60,658 nt of DNA from Actinomycetes bacterium (GTDB taxonomy: Bacteria > Armatimonadota > SYMT01): the NCBI GenBank assembly GCA_031426395.1, contig JANPLG010000399.1, positions 1 through 60,658 of the forward strand. The letters are read 5' to 3'. Numbering within the stretch: position 1 is the stretch's first letter; each line of letters starts with the position of its first letter. The position numbers were made by a program, and so were the translations under genes. Below the pieces are notes generated by a model, which saw nothing but the letters and a program-made list of their open reading frames with translations, was not told the origin of the DNA and searched no databases. This document shows, piece after piece, positions 10,402-18,307 of this stretch.

Positions 10402-11178
10402 GTGCGCGCAATCGACCGTTGGTTTCTAGGAGCGCTCGCGCTCGGTGTGGCGGGGAGTGGCGCGTGGGCCGTCGCACAGCGTCCGCATGAGGTGGTGCTC
10501 TCCCGCTTTGTCACTACGCTGAATGGCCGCACCCGCAACCAGGCGCACAACGCCGTGCTGGCGGCGCGGTCGATCAACGGCCGCTGGCTGAAGCCGGGCG
10601 AGGTCTTCTCGTTCAACAAAGCCGTTGGAGCGTGGTCGAGCGACTCCGGCTACAAGCGCGCGCCGGTGAGCTTCGACGGCGAGCTGGTCCCGAGCTGGGG
10701 CGGCGGCGTCTGCCAGGCCTCCAGCACCCTCTACAACGCCGCAATGCTCGCCGGCCTCACGCCCATCGAGCGGCACCGGCACCGCTGGCTGGCGGGCTAC
10801 GTAGCACCTGGCCGGGATGCGGCGGTCGCCTACCCCAGCATCGACCTGAAGTTCCGCAACGACCATACCTGGCCGGTGCGGCTGGAGGCGGAAGTCCGCG
10901 CCAATCTGGTCGAGTTCCGCGTGGTTGGGCCGGGAAAGCTGCCCGACCGCTATGCCATCGAGGAGCAGGTGGCGGGCTCGGAAGATCCGGTGACAGTCCG
11001 GCACGGATGGAAAGAGGGACTGCCCACGCGCACGGTCCGCAACCCCGGCAAGCGCGGTTGCCGTGTGGTCACCTACCGCATCCGATCCCGGGGCGGAAGA
11101 GAGGCCGCACGCGAGCTTCTCACGGACGACGTCTACCCCGCAATGAACCGGCTGCTGCTGGTCGACGAGGGGAATTGA
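10402..11178 (+). CDS. VanW family protein
   Basis: GEVFSFNKAVG, GGGVCQASSTLYNA, ERHRH, GRDAAVAYPSIDLKFRND; N-terminal TM/signal; GTG start. Confidence 0.9.
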   Translation: MRAIDRWFLGALALGVAGSGAWAVAQRPHEVVLSRFVTTLNGRTRNQAHNAVLAARSINGRWLKPGEVFSFNKAVGAWSSDSGYKRAPVSFDGELVPSWGGGVCQASSTLYNAAMLAGLTPIERHRHRWLAGYVAPGRDAAVAYPSIDLKFRNDHTWPVRLEAEVRANLVEFRVVGPGKLPDRYAIEEQVAGSEDPVTVRHGWKEGLPTRTVRNPGKRGCRVVTYRIRSRGGREAARELLTDDVYPAMNRLLLVDEGN

Positions 11179-11259
11179 ATCGCCCCTGAAGCGCGTAGAT
11201 CAGTGGACGGCGGAGCGGACGAGCGTTGCCGCCGAACGGGACGGAGTGGATACCTGCTT

Positions 11260-11772
11260 ATGCGAGTTCCCCTGATACTCTCCGCGCTGCTGATCAGCGC
11301 CGCTTCTGCCGCCACGGCGCCTCCTGGCTTCAACGTCCACCTGGTTGATGAGCGCGGGGGCCGCCGTGTCTGGCGAGGAGGCGCGCCGAAGCCGGAAACT
11401 CTCAGAACGCTGGCTGCGGAGGCCAAGCGGCGGGGGGTGACCGTAACGCTGATCGACCTCCGCACGCCGCCCAACGCGGATGATCGGAGCGGCAAGGGAG
11501 GTCGGCTCTCGCCCGCCGACGAAGCCATCGCCGCCAAAAGGGCCGAGTTGCGTTACCTGCCAGTGAGCGCGCTCGACCGTTCCCTCCCGGACAAGCTCCG
11601 GCAGGCGCGGAAGGTCGGCGACGTTTACATCCACTGCATGTACGGAGTCAACCGCACCGGATTTGCTGTGGCCCGCTACGCCCGCGCTGAGGGAGTGAAG
11701 CCGGACCGCAAAGGCCTCGGCAAGCGCGACTGGTCGCAGGGCGACGCCTTCCAGTCCCGTCTCTCGAAGTAG
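11260..11772 (+). CDS. Exported protein-tyrosine/dual-specificity phosphatase-like protein
   Basis: Signal peptide MRVPLILSALLISAASAATA; VWRGGAP, LIDLR; CX5R P-loop YIHCMYGVNRTG. Confidence 0.75.
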   Translation: MRVPLILSALLISAASAATAPPGFNVHLVDERGGRRVWRGGAPKPETLRTLAAEAKRRGVTVTLIDLRTPPNADDRSGKGGRLSPADEAIAAKRAELRYLPVSALDRSLPDKLRQARKVGDVYIHCMYGVNRTGFAVARYARAEGVKPDRKGLGKRDWSQGDAFQSRLSK

Positions 11773-11925
11773 TCTATTGCAGGGGGCGTGCGACTTGCAG
11801 CTACGTCGCACGGAAGGAAGCCGGCACTGAGCCGGGGAACCTCCAGATAAGCGAGTCAGCCGGCACCCACCGTGCGGCCTCGCCAACCGGTCGGGTGCAG
11901 CGCACCCGGCTCACGGAGCGCGAGC

Positions 11926-12507
11926 ATGGATTCTCACGGCGTTGACACATCGGTCCTGCAGGATGTTCCAGAAGAGCTTTCCCGTGATCTGCCGACTCTG
12001 GCGGATCACCTGCGGCGACTTCACCGCAGCGGCGGGGTGACCGTGGAAGCGGGCGGCGTCAAGGACTCCTACGAGGTGATGCTCTTCGCGCCCGCTTCGG
12101 AGACCGATCTAGCCTCCCTGCAGTTGGTCCAGGGCAAGCGGCTCCCGGCGGAGTTCGCGGACTTCCTCCGGTTCAGCAACGGTGCCAACCTCTTTGTCAA
12201 CGACTCGGGGATGCACGGCGTCGGCATCGCGTCCGTGGAGCTGCTGGCGGACCTGCAGGCGGAGGAAGAGGAGCAATACAGCGCGGCGGCGCTCCAGCCT
12301 TACCTCGTCTTTGGGCGCGTGAACGGTGCCGGCGACTTCCTGGTGTTCGAGATTGCCAGCGGTCGAGTCCTGGATGGCGTCCACGCCGAGCAGCCGCACG
12401 AATGGCGGTCCATTGCGGAGAGCTTCACGGAATGGCTGCGGCGGTTCCTGCTGGCCCGTGGCGCCTACTACTGGATCGAAGCGCTGTACGAGAGCCCCGC
12501 TTCCTGA
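11926..12507 (+). CDS. SMI1/KNR4 (SUKH) family protein
   Basis: LPAEFADFLRFSNG, LVFGRVNGAGDFLVF, IAESFTEWL. Confidence 0.8.
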   Translation: MDSHGVDTSVLQDVPEELSRDLPTLADHLRRLHRSGGVTVEAGGVKDSYEVMLFAPASETDLASLQLVQGKRLPAEFADFLRFSNGANLFVNDSGMHGVGIASVELLADLQAEEEEQYSAAALQPYLVFGRVNGAGDFLVFEIASGRVLDGVHAEQPHEWRSIAESFTEWLRRFLLARGAYYWIEALYESPAS

Positions 12508-12669
12508 ATCTCGGATTTCGGATCCCGGCCAACGCTGCACCGAAGGACGTAGACGGGTGAAGAAGTCATCGTCGAGGAAGCCGCGTCGGCGTCCAGTGCT
12601 GGTCCCGCTTGGCACAAGGGGAATCGCCACAAGGACGGAGCGGCGACGGAGCAGCCGCTCGACATTCCT

Positions 12670-12891
12670 TGGCCGAGACGGTACTCGCTTTGCCGCAGGC
12701 ATCCGTTCGGTCGGTTGTAAGGCGGGGCGTCCCTGCCCGCCTGTCTCCGGCGAAGGAGCCGTTATCGACAGGTTTGCCACCCCAGCATCCAGAGGTCATA
12801 CCGCCTGACGCGAGGAGTACCGGCGCGAAGGCGGGGCGGCGACTGAGCGCCCGCCCTACGTACCGTGGCCGAGACGGCGGCCGCTTTGCCG
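12670..12891. repeat. REP-like inverted doublet flanked by 26-bp imperfect direct repeats
   Basis: GTAA-GGCGGG...CCCGCC (12717-12741) and an inverted GTAG-GGCGGG...CCCCGCC (12830-12859); flanks TGGCCGAGACGG-N4-CGCTTTGCCG at 12670 and 12866. Confidence 0.55.
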
Positions 12892-13067
12892 TTTGACCGG
12901 GCATTGGCCCCAGAACCATAGCCAGCAGCCTTGCGCTGCCTTGCGCTGCGTTCAATCACTGCGGCCGACGGGTCTCTGCACCTGACCGGTGACGCCTAGC
13001 CTTGCTCGCAGGCAAACGTCCACGCACGCAACTCGTAATCCGGAATCCACACTCGACTGACTGGTCA

Positions 13068-13613
13068 CTACTCGCCTGGCATGGGGATCGACTTGAGGCG
13101 GCTCCGGGAGATCCACTCCACGCGGCCATCCAGGTAGAGCACGTTCGCCCCGTTGTGCCAGGGTTGGCGGTCGCGCGCCAAGGCCGTCATTGGATCATCA
13201 TCGGTTGAGAGGCCGCCGCGAACGCGGTAGCTGCTGTACGGGGCGACCCCGGGTTGAACGGACTGCAGCGCGTTCATCCGGGCGCTCTGCGGGTCCAGGT
13301 CCATGGGGCAGGTGAGGACCCCGTAGTTCTTGATCTGCGGCATAGTAGCCCCGAGGGCGTCGTTAGCGGGTGGCAGCGCGCCGCTGTAGTCCTGGGCGTA
13401 GAGGTGGACCGCAATCCCGATCTGGCTGAGGTTGCTGGCGCATCCGGTCCGGCGGGCATCGTTGCGCGTCTGGAGGAAGACCGGTGTCAGCACCGCCAAC
13501 AGGATCAGGATGATCCCGAGCGTAGCCAGAAGCTCGAGAAACGTGTAGCCGGGCCGCAGAAACGTGTAGCCGGGCCGCGCTTGCGGGCCACGGATGGTCC
13601 GGGTGGTCGTCAT
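13068..13613 (-). CDS. Prepilin-type N-terminal cleavage/methylation protein with DUF1559 and H-X9-DG-like C-terminus
   Basis: G|YTFLELL, CASNLSQIGIA, WHNGANVLYLDGRV; ATGA overlap with the upstream stop. Confidence 0.85.
   Translation of the reverse strand: MTTTRTIRGPQARPGYTFLRPGYTFLELLATLGIILILLAVLTPVFLQTRNDARRTGCASNLSQIGIAVHLYAQDYSGALPPANDALGATMPQIKNYGVLTCPMDLDPQSARMNALQSVQPGVAPYSSYRVRGGLSTDDDPMTALARDRQPWHNGANVLYLDGRVEWISRSRLKSIPMPGE
13537..13578. repeat. Perfect 21-bp tandem duplication (RPGYTFL x2) at a prepilin cleavage site
   Basis: AGAAACGTGTAGCCGGGCCGC occurs twice in tandem. Confidence 0.95.
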
Positions 13614-14296
13614 TCGGTGCCTCCCACTCCGCCGGAGGGTGCGGGCGAGTTGTCTCCGATGTCCGGCTTCCCCTTGGAGGGAGGTTGTCTGAAAGGGGTG
13701 AGAGCGCTGCCAGGCGGCAACCCCACACCTGGTGGCAGGGGACGCGGTCCCGCCGTCACGGGAATCCACGCGCTCCCCCCCTGCGTCTTGACCCACTTGA
13801 CGCTCCCGGAGAGGGAAAGCACCATTGCTCCTTGCTGGGAATCCTCGTGCCATTCCGCCAGCAGGGGGATGTCGGCGCGGTCCTCAATGGAGAGGCCGCC
13901 GCGGTATTGGAAGCTGCTGAATTGCGGTGCCAGTGGCCGGATGACCTCGGCCAGCGGATCGGCCTCGTTCAGGAGCAGGTGGCGTGGGGCGTAGTCCCGA
14001 GTGACCAGCGGGGAGAGATCCTGTTCCCCTGGCGGCAGCTTCCCGTCGTGGTCGCGCCCATACAACTGGAGCGCGAGCCCAAGCTGGTAGGCGCCGCTCA
14101 CCCGCCGCGACTTCACGCCCGCTGCGCGTGCCTGGGTGAAGACGGGGAAGAGAATGGCGGCCAGGATGGCTGTGATGCCAGCGACGAAGATCAGTTCGAT
14201 CAGCGTGAAGCCGGGACGGCGCATCCGGCGGCAGCTCTCGTGTGCCCGAGGGCATGGGGCAACGGCTCGATGGGCTGGGGCGGCGGTTTTCCTCAT
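13610..14296 (-). CDS. Prepilin-type N-terminal cleavage/methylation protein, DUF1559-like paralog
   Basis: G|[34 protein letters not shown]; ATGA overlap with the upstream stop (alternative start 14224). Confidence 0.8.
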   Translation of the reverse strand: MRKTAAPAHRAVAPCPRAHESCRRMRRPGFTLIELIFVAGITAILAAILFPVFTQARAAGVKSRRVSGAYQLGLALQLYGRDHDGKLPPGEQDLSPLVTRDYAPRHLLLNEADPLAEVIRPLAPQFSSFQYRGGLSIEDRADIPLLAEWHEDSQQGAMVLSLSGSVKWVKTQGGSAWIPVTAGPRPLPPGVGLPPGSALTPFRQPPSKGKPDIGDNSPAPSGGVGGTE

Positions 14297-14886
14297 TGTG
14301 GACCGTTCATTGCATTGGGTGCGGGGGCGAAACCTGGCCGGGGCGTTGAGACCACCGGTTTCCACGACCCTCCGGGGAGTGAGCGGACATAGCCGGAGAG
14401 GTGCAGGATGTTCCCTGCCTCGCGGTGGATCGGGGACCAGTCGCCCGCAACGGGCTCATCGCCCCGGTGGTCCAGGTTCAGCCCCGCCCGATAGGCGTAG
14501 CTGCTCACCAGCGGCAAAGTGAGCTTCATCAGGCCAGGCTCCCTCGGCGCGTTGGACGGAAACGGCGTTGCAGCCAGGGTTTGCTTGGAGTACTCGTTGT
14601 CACTGGGGCACCCAAAGATGGCCGTGGAATTCAGATACGGAACCGCAATCGGTGCGAGATCGAGCGGGCGTGGCGGCAGCATTCCGTCGTGGTCACGGGC
14701 ATAGGCGTGCAGCGCCAGGCCGATCTGGTGGAGGTTCGATTGGCAGGTCGAGCGACGTGCGTTCTCCCTGGCTCCGGCGAAGACCGGGAAGAGGATGGCG
14801 GCCAGGATGGCGATCACCCCGATCACCACTGTAAGTTCCAAGAAGGTGAAGCCGCGGGTGCGGTGCACGATTGCCATTTCCTTCAC
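14293..14886 (-). CDS. Prepilin-type N-terminal cleavage/methylation protein, DUF1559-like paralog
   Basis: G|[39 protein letters not shown]9-SG; GTGA overlap with a GGAGG RBS. Confidence 0.85.
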   Translation of the reverse strand: MKEMAIVHRTRGFTFLELTVVIGVIAILAAILFPVFAGARENARRSTCQSNLHQIGLALHAYARDHDGMLPPRPLDLAPIAVPYLNSTAIFGCPSDNEYSKQTLAATPFPSNAPREPGLMKLTLPLVSSYAYRAGLNLDHRGDEPVAGDWSPIHREAGNILHLSGYVRSLPGGSWKPVVSTPRPGFAPAPNAMNGPQ

Positions 14887-15272
14887 GGTCCCTCCTCCCA
14901 GGCGCTCACGCTCCCGCCGGGTCCCAGTTTGACGCGGACGGTGCGGGTGATCGGTCCGGCCGCGCCGATCACCTCTCCTCGCGCCGTCACGATCGCCCCG
15001 TTCCGTGACCACGTATACCGTCCCGAACCCAATGCTTTCCAGCCGTGGCCCAGTCGCCCGCTTCGGGCTTCCGCAATCCCCGCTTCCGCCAGGGCGAGCG
15101 CCTGGCTGCGACGGTACTCCCGCTCTGCGGCACCCTGGGCGGCCACCGCAACGGTGACCGCGCCCAGCAGAATGCTGCCGAGGGCGAGGTAGAGGCAGAG
15201 AACCAATGCCAGCGTTCCGCCCCTTCGTAGGCTGTGCCCGCTGATCCGTCGGCTGATCCGTCGGTCGCTCAT
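14883..15272 (-). CDS. PilX/GspK/ComGG-like minor pilin
   Basis: RRGG followed by a hydrophobic helix, then [18 protein letters not shown], typical of PilX N-terminal regions; ATGA overlap. Confidence 0.7.
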   Translation of the reverse strand: MSDRRISRRISGHSLRRGGTLALVLCLYLALGSILLGAVTVAVAAQGAAEREYRRSQALALAEAGIAEARSGRLGHGWKALGSGRYTWSRNGAIVTARGEVIGAAGPITRTVRVKLGPGGSVSAWEEGP

Positions 15273-15751
15273 TCGTCGGCCCTCCGCTCCGCAGTCACCT
15301 CCAGCGGCAGGCTGAGTTCGCGGCCCCGCAGAGCGCGGACGAGGTCCATCCTCGCGCCGACCCGTCGGCCTTCGGCCCAGAACCGGATTGCGCGCAAGGG
15401 GGCGCCCCACTGCTGCCGCTCCAGCACCCGGCCGGAGCGCAGCCGCTCACGGGTCAGCACCGCCCGCCTGAAAGAGTAGCTGACCTGGTCGCTCGGGCCG
15501 GCCATCCGCGCCACGGTGAGCAGGAGATGAGCGCCGCTCGCCTCGGCCTGCACCGCCGACCGCGCATCCGATTCGAGGCGTGAGCTGATCTCGCGGCCGA
15601 CGACCGTGAGCCGCGCCTTGGCAATACCCCAGTCCGCCTGCCGCCGTGCTTCCAGAACGAGCGGGACCACCGTTCCAAGGATGACGCCGCTCACCCCGAC
15701 AGCCGTGATCATCTGGATCAGCAGCCCCCCGCGACGGTTACTAAGTTTCAT
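15269..15751 (-). CDS. PilW/GspJ-like minor pilin
   Basis: Basic leader RRGG, hydrophobic helix, [12 protein letters not shown], beta-rich C-terminus; ATGA overlap. Confidence 0.65.
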   Translation of the reverse strand: MKLSNRRGGLLIQMITAVGVSGVILGTVVPLVLEARRQADWGIAKARLTVVGREISSRLESDARSAVQAEASGAHLLLTVARMAGPSDQVSYSFRRAVLTRERLRSGRVLERQQWGAPLRAIRFWAEGRRVGARMDLVRALRGRELSLPLEVTAERRADE

Positions 15752-16155
15752 CGCTGTGCGCCCTCCCGCACCAGGGTGGTCCACTCCGCCCGTCCGGTAG
15801 CGCCCCTTTCACTCCAGGTGATGGTCATGTCGACCCGCTTCAAGCCTCCCTCCGCGGGTGCAACCTTGATCTCGCAGCGGCCGGCGGGCAGCTCCGGTAG
15901 CCCGAAGTTCCGGGCCGTGACGGTCCCATACCGCAGGCGGTCCATTTCACGGGTGCCGGCCCGGGTGGCGATCAGCCGATAGCCTCCTCGGGCCGTGGCC
16001 TGGCTGAGGGCGCGGCAGAGGCCGACGAAGACCGGGGTGAGCGCAACCGCCAGAGCGAGGGCGGCAACCGTCCAGAGCAATGCGCCGCCCCGCCGCGTCC
16101 GGGTAAGTCGGCGCGGCCTGCTTCTCCTCGTGGGGAATGTGCGGGAATCGATCAT
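15748..16155 (-). CDS. PilV/GspI-like minor pilin
   Basis: Basic leader RRGG, hydrophobic helix, ATRAGTREMDRLR, LKRVDMTITW. Confidence 0.65.
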   Translation of the reverse strand: MIDSRTFPTRRSRPRRLTRTRRGGALLWTVAALALAVALTPVFVGLCRALSQATARGGYRLIATRAGTREMDRLRYGTVTARNFGLPELPAGRCEIKVAPAEGGLKRVDMTITWSERGATGRAEWTTLVREGAQR

Positions 16156-16180
16156 GCGCTTGCCCTTTGCCCAATCGGCG

Positions 16181-16537
16181 TCAGTAGGTGGATGGCCCCC
16201 GGTTCCACGCCATCGGCTCACGGTACTGCGCGTAGCGGTTCCGCCGGGGTCCGCGCCCGCGTGGAGCCAGCGGTTGGCGCAGCACGGGCCGCAGCAGCCC
16301 GGCCAGCGGCTGCATCCGGGTCAGCAGCACCATCTCTCCCAGCCGCCAGATCACCAGCGTCACGATCCCTCCCATCAGGAAGAGGACGAATAGCTCGCCG
16401 AGGCAAAGCGCAAGAACCATCGCCAACGGAGCGCGGGCGCGGGGCAGCGTCCAGGAGGGCAGGAAGAAGACGTAGAAGAGGAGCAGCCCGGCGAGTGCGG
16501 CTGCAATCACGACGGTCAGCGGTGGTATTGAGGTCAT
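16181..16537 (-). CDS. Small membrane protein of unknown function in the pilin operon
   Basis: Two hydrophobic segments; ATGA overlap with the ATPase stop codon. Confidence 0.6.
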   Translation of the reverse strand: MTSIPPLTVVIAAALAGLLLFYVFFLPSWTLPRARAPLAMVLALCLGELFVLFLMGGIVTLVIWRLGEMVLLTRMQPLAGLLRPVLRQPLAPRGRGPRRNRYAQYREPMAWNRGPSTY

Positions 16538-18141
16538 CCGCCAGCCTCCTGAAGTTCGTCGATCCATCGGTATTGGGTCCAGCCCCGAAGCGCTTCCATC
16601 TCGTGCGCTGAGCCGATCGGACCCCACCCGAGGACCCGTTTCACTTCGTCCAGGGTGGTGATCCCAGCGGCGGCTTTCCGCATGGCGTCCATCACGAGGC
16701 TGATCCCCTCGGACCTGGTCTCGAGTTCGTGGGTGGCTTCACCACGGATAACCGCGTCCCTCACAGCGTCCGTTACTTCCAGCAGTTGGAAGATCCCGGT
16801 GCGGCCCCGATAGCCGGTCCCTCCGCAGGCGTTGCAGCCTGCGCCACGGCTCCACTGGTAGGGACTGTCGTCAACGTATCCGGCCATCTCTCCGGCGGCG
16901 TCCGGGTCGGGCGCGCGGCACTCCGGGCAGACGCGGCGGACCAGCCGCTGCGCCAGGACCGCCGTGACGGAGCTGGCCACCAGGAACGGCTCGCAGCCGA
17001 GATCGACCAGCCGCGCGAAGACACCGGCCGCCGAGGGAGCGTGGATGCTACTTAGGATCAGGTGCCCCGTGAGGCCCGCCCGCACCGCGATCCCCGCCGT
17101 CTCCTCGTCCCGGATCTCACCGATCATGATGACTTCCGGGTCCTGCCGCAGCACGGTCCGCAGCCCCGCGGCAAAGGTGAGGCCAACCGCCGGGTTCACC
17201 TGCGTCTGATGGATCACACGCAAGTCGTACTCAATCGGATCCTCCACGGTGCAGAGGTTGGCTAGGTCGCGGCGCTCCATGTGGATGCGGCTGAGGCTCG
17301 CGTAGAGGGTGGTGGTCTTGCCGTGATTGCTGGGACCGGTGAGCAGGACCAGCCCCTGGGGACGCTTCAGTATCGCGTCCCACGCCGCCCGTGTGTCTGG
17401 AGCCATCCCCAGCCGGTACAGGCTCATCAAGGTCCGGGCGGGGTCGAAGAGGCGCAGGACCGCCTTCTCCCCGTGCAGCGTTGGGAGAAGCGTGAGGCGC
17501 ACATCCACCGTCCGGTCCTTGAGCCGGAGGGCGAAGCGTCCCTCCTGCGGCAGGTCGGCGCGGTAGACGGCGAGGTTGCCCAGCACCTTCAGGCGTGCCA
17601 GCAGCCGCGGCAGCCAGAGTAGCGGGACCCGCGCCACATCTGAGAGTACGCCATCGACCCGCAGCCGCACCCCCAGTCCGGCGCTCGTCGGCTCCAGGTG
17701 GAGGTCGCTCGCGCCGTGGTGGGCCGCCTGCGTGAGGATGAAGTCAACCGTGTTGACAACGCCATTGGACCCAGAGAGCAGCGATCTCACCGTCTCCTGG
17801 ATGGCAGCGAACGGCTGCCGCTCCGCGTAGACCGGCAGGGTGCGCCGGTGAAGAGCGGAGAGCTGCTCCTGAATCAGCTCCGCGCCGTACCGAGCCTGAA
17901 GCGGATGGATCCGGTCGAGCATCCAGATCGCGCCGGTCTCCAGCTCCACCTTGATCAGGCCGTGTCGTCCGCGCCCGTCCGCCACCACGCCCGCCACGTC
18001 GTCATACGCCACGGACCCGATGACGCCGCCCGCGCTGTCCAGTAGCGTCATCCCCTCCGGAGCGATGTGGAGGCGCGCTCCATCCCCATTCTTCCATCGA
18101 CCTTCAATGACGGTTTCCACTGGCGCTCCACAGGCTAGCAA
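16534..18141 (-). CDS. GspE/PilB family assembly ATPase
   Basis: ASDLHLEP, RLRVDGVL, Walker A GPSNHGKTTT, TVEDPIEY, LRQDPEVIMIGEIRD, GHLILSSIH, CPEC/CNAC Zn motif. Confidence 0.92.
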   Translation of the reverse strand: MLACGAPVETVIEGRWKNGDGARLHIAPEGMTLLDSAGGVIGSVAYDDVAGVVADGRGRHGLIKVELETGAIWMLDRIHPLQARYGAELIQEQLSALHRRTLPVYAERQPFAAIQETVRSLLSGSNGVVNTVDFILTQAAHHGASDLHLEPTSAGLGVRLRVDGVLSDVARVPLLWLPRLLARLKVLGNLAVYRADLPQEGRFALRLKDRTVDVRLTLLPTLHGEKAVLRLFDPARTLMSLYRLGMAPDTRAAWDAILKRPQGLVLLTGPSNHGKTTTLYASLSRIHMERRDLANLCTVEDPIEYDLRVIHQTQVNPAVGLTFAAGLRTVLRQDPEVIMIGEIRDEETAGIAVRAGLTGHLILSSIHAPSAAGVFARLVDLGCEPFLVASSVTAVLAQRLVRRVCPECRAPDPDAAGEMAGYVDDSPYQWSRGAGCNACGGTGYRGRTGIFQLLEVTDAVRDAVIRGEATHELETRSEGISLVMDAMRKAAAGITTLDEVKRVLGWGPIGSAHEMEALRGWTQYRWIDELQEAGG

Positions 18142-18168
18142 GCGGTCAAATCAGTTCTGACAGGTTGA

Positions 18169-18265
18169 ATGGGGGAGAGAGTGAGTGGGGGAACGGGAGT
18201 GGCCAAGCACGGGAGCGGACCCCCACTCTCCCCCATCTCCCTCTCCCCCAGTCTCCCATTCGCCC
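18169..18265. repeat. Inverted purine/pyrimidine octamer-period arrays between the pilC-like and pilB-like genes
   Basis: G-rich arm 18169-18202 versus C-rich arm 18220-18265; units such as ATGGGGGA and GTGGGGGA. Confidence 0.6.
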
Positions 18266-18307
18266 GGTTACAAGCACTTCGTTCTCGAATAGAAATGTGC
18301 GGGATCC

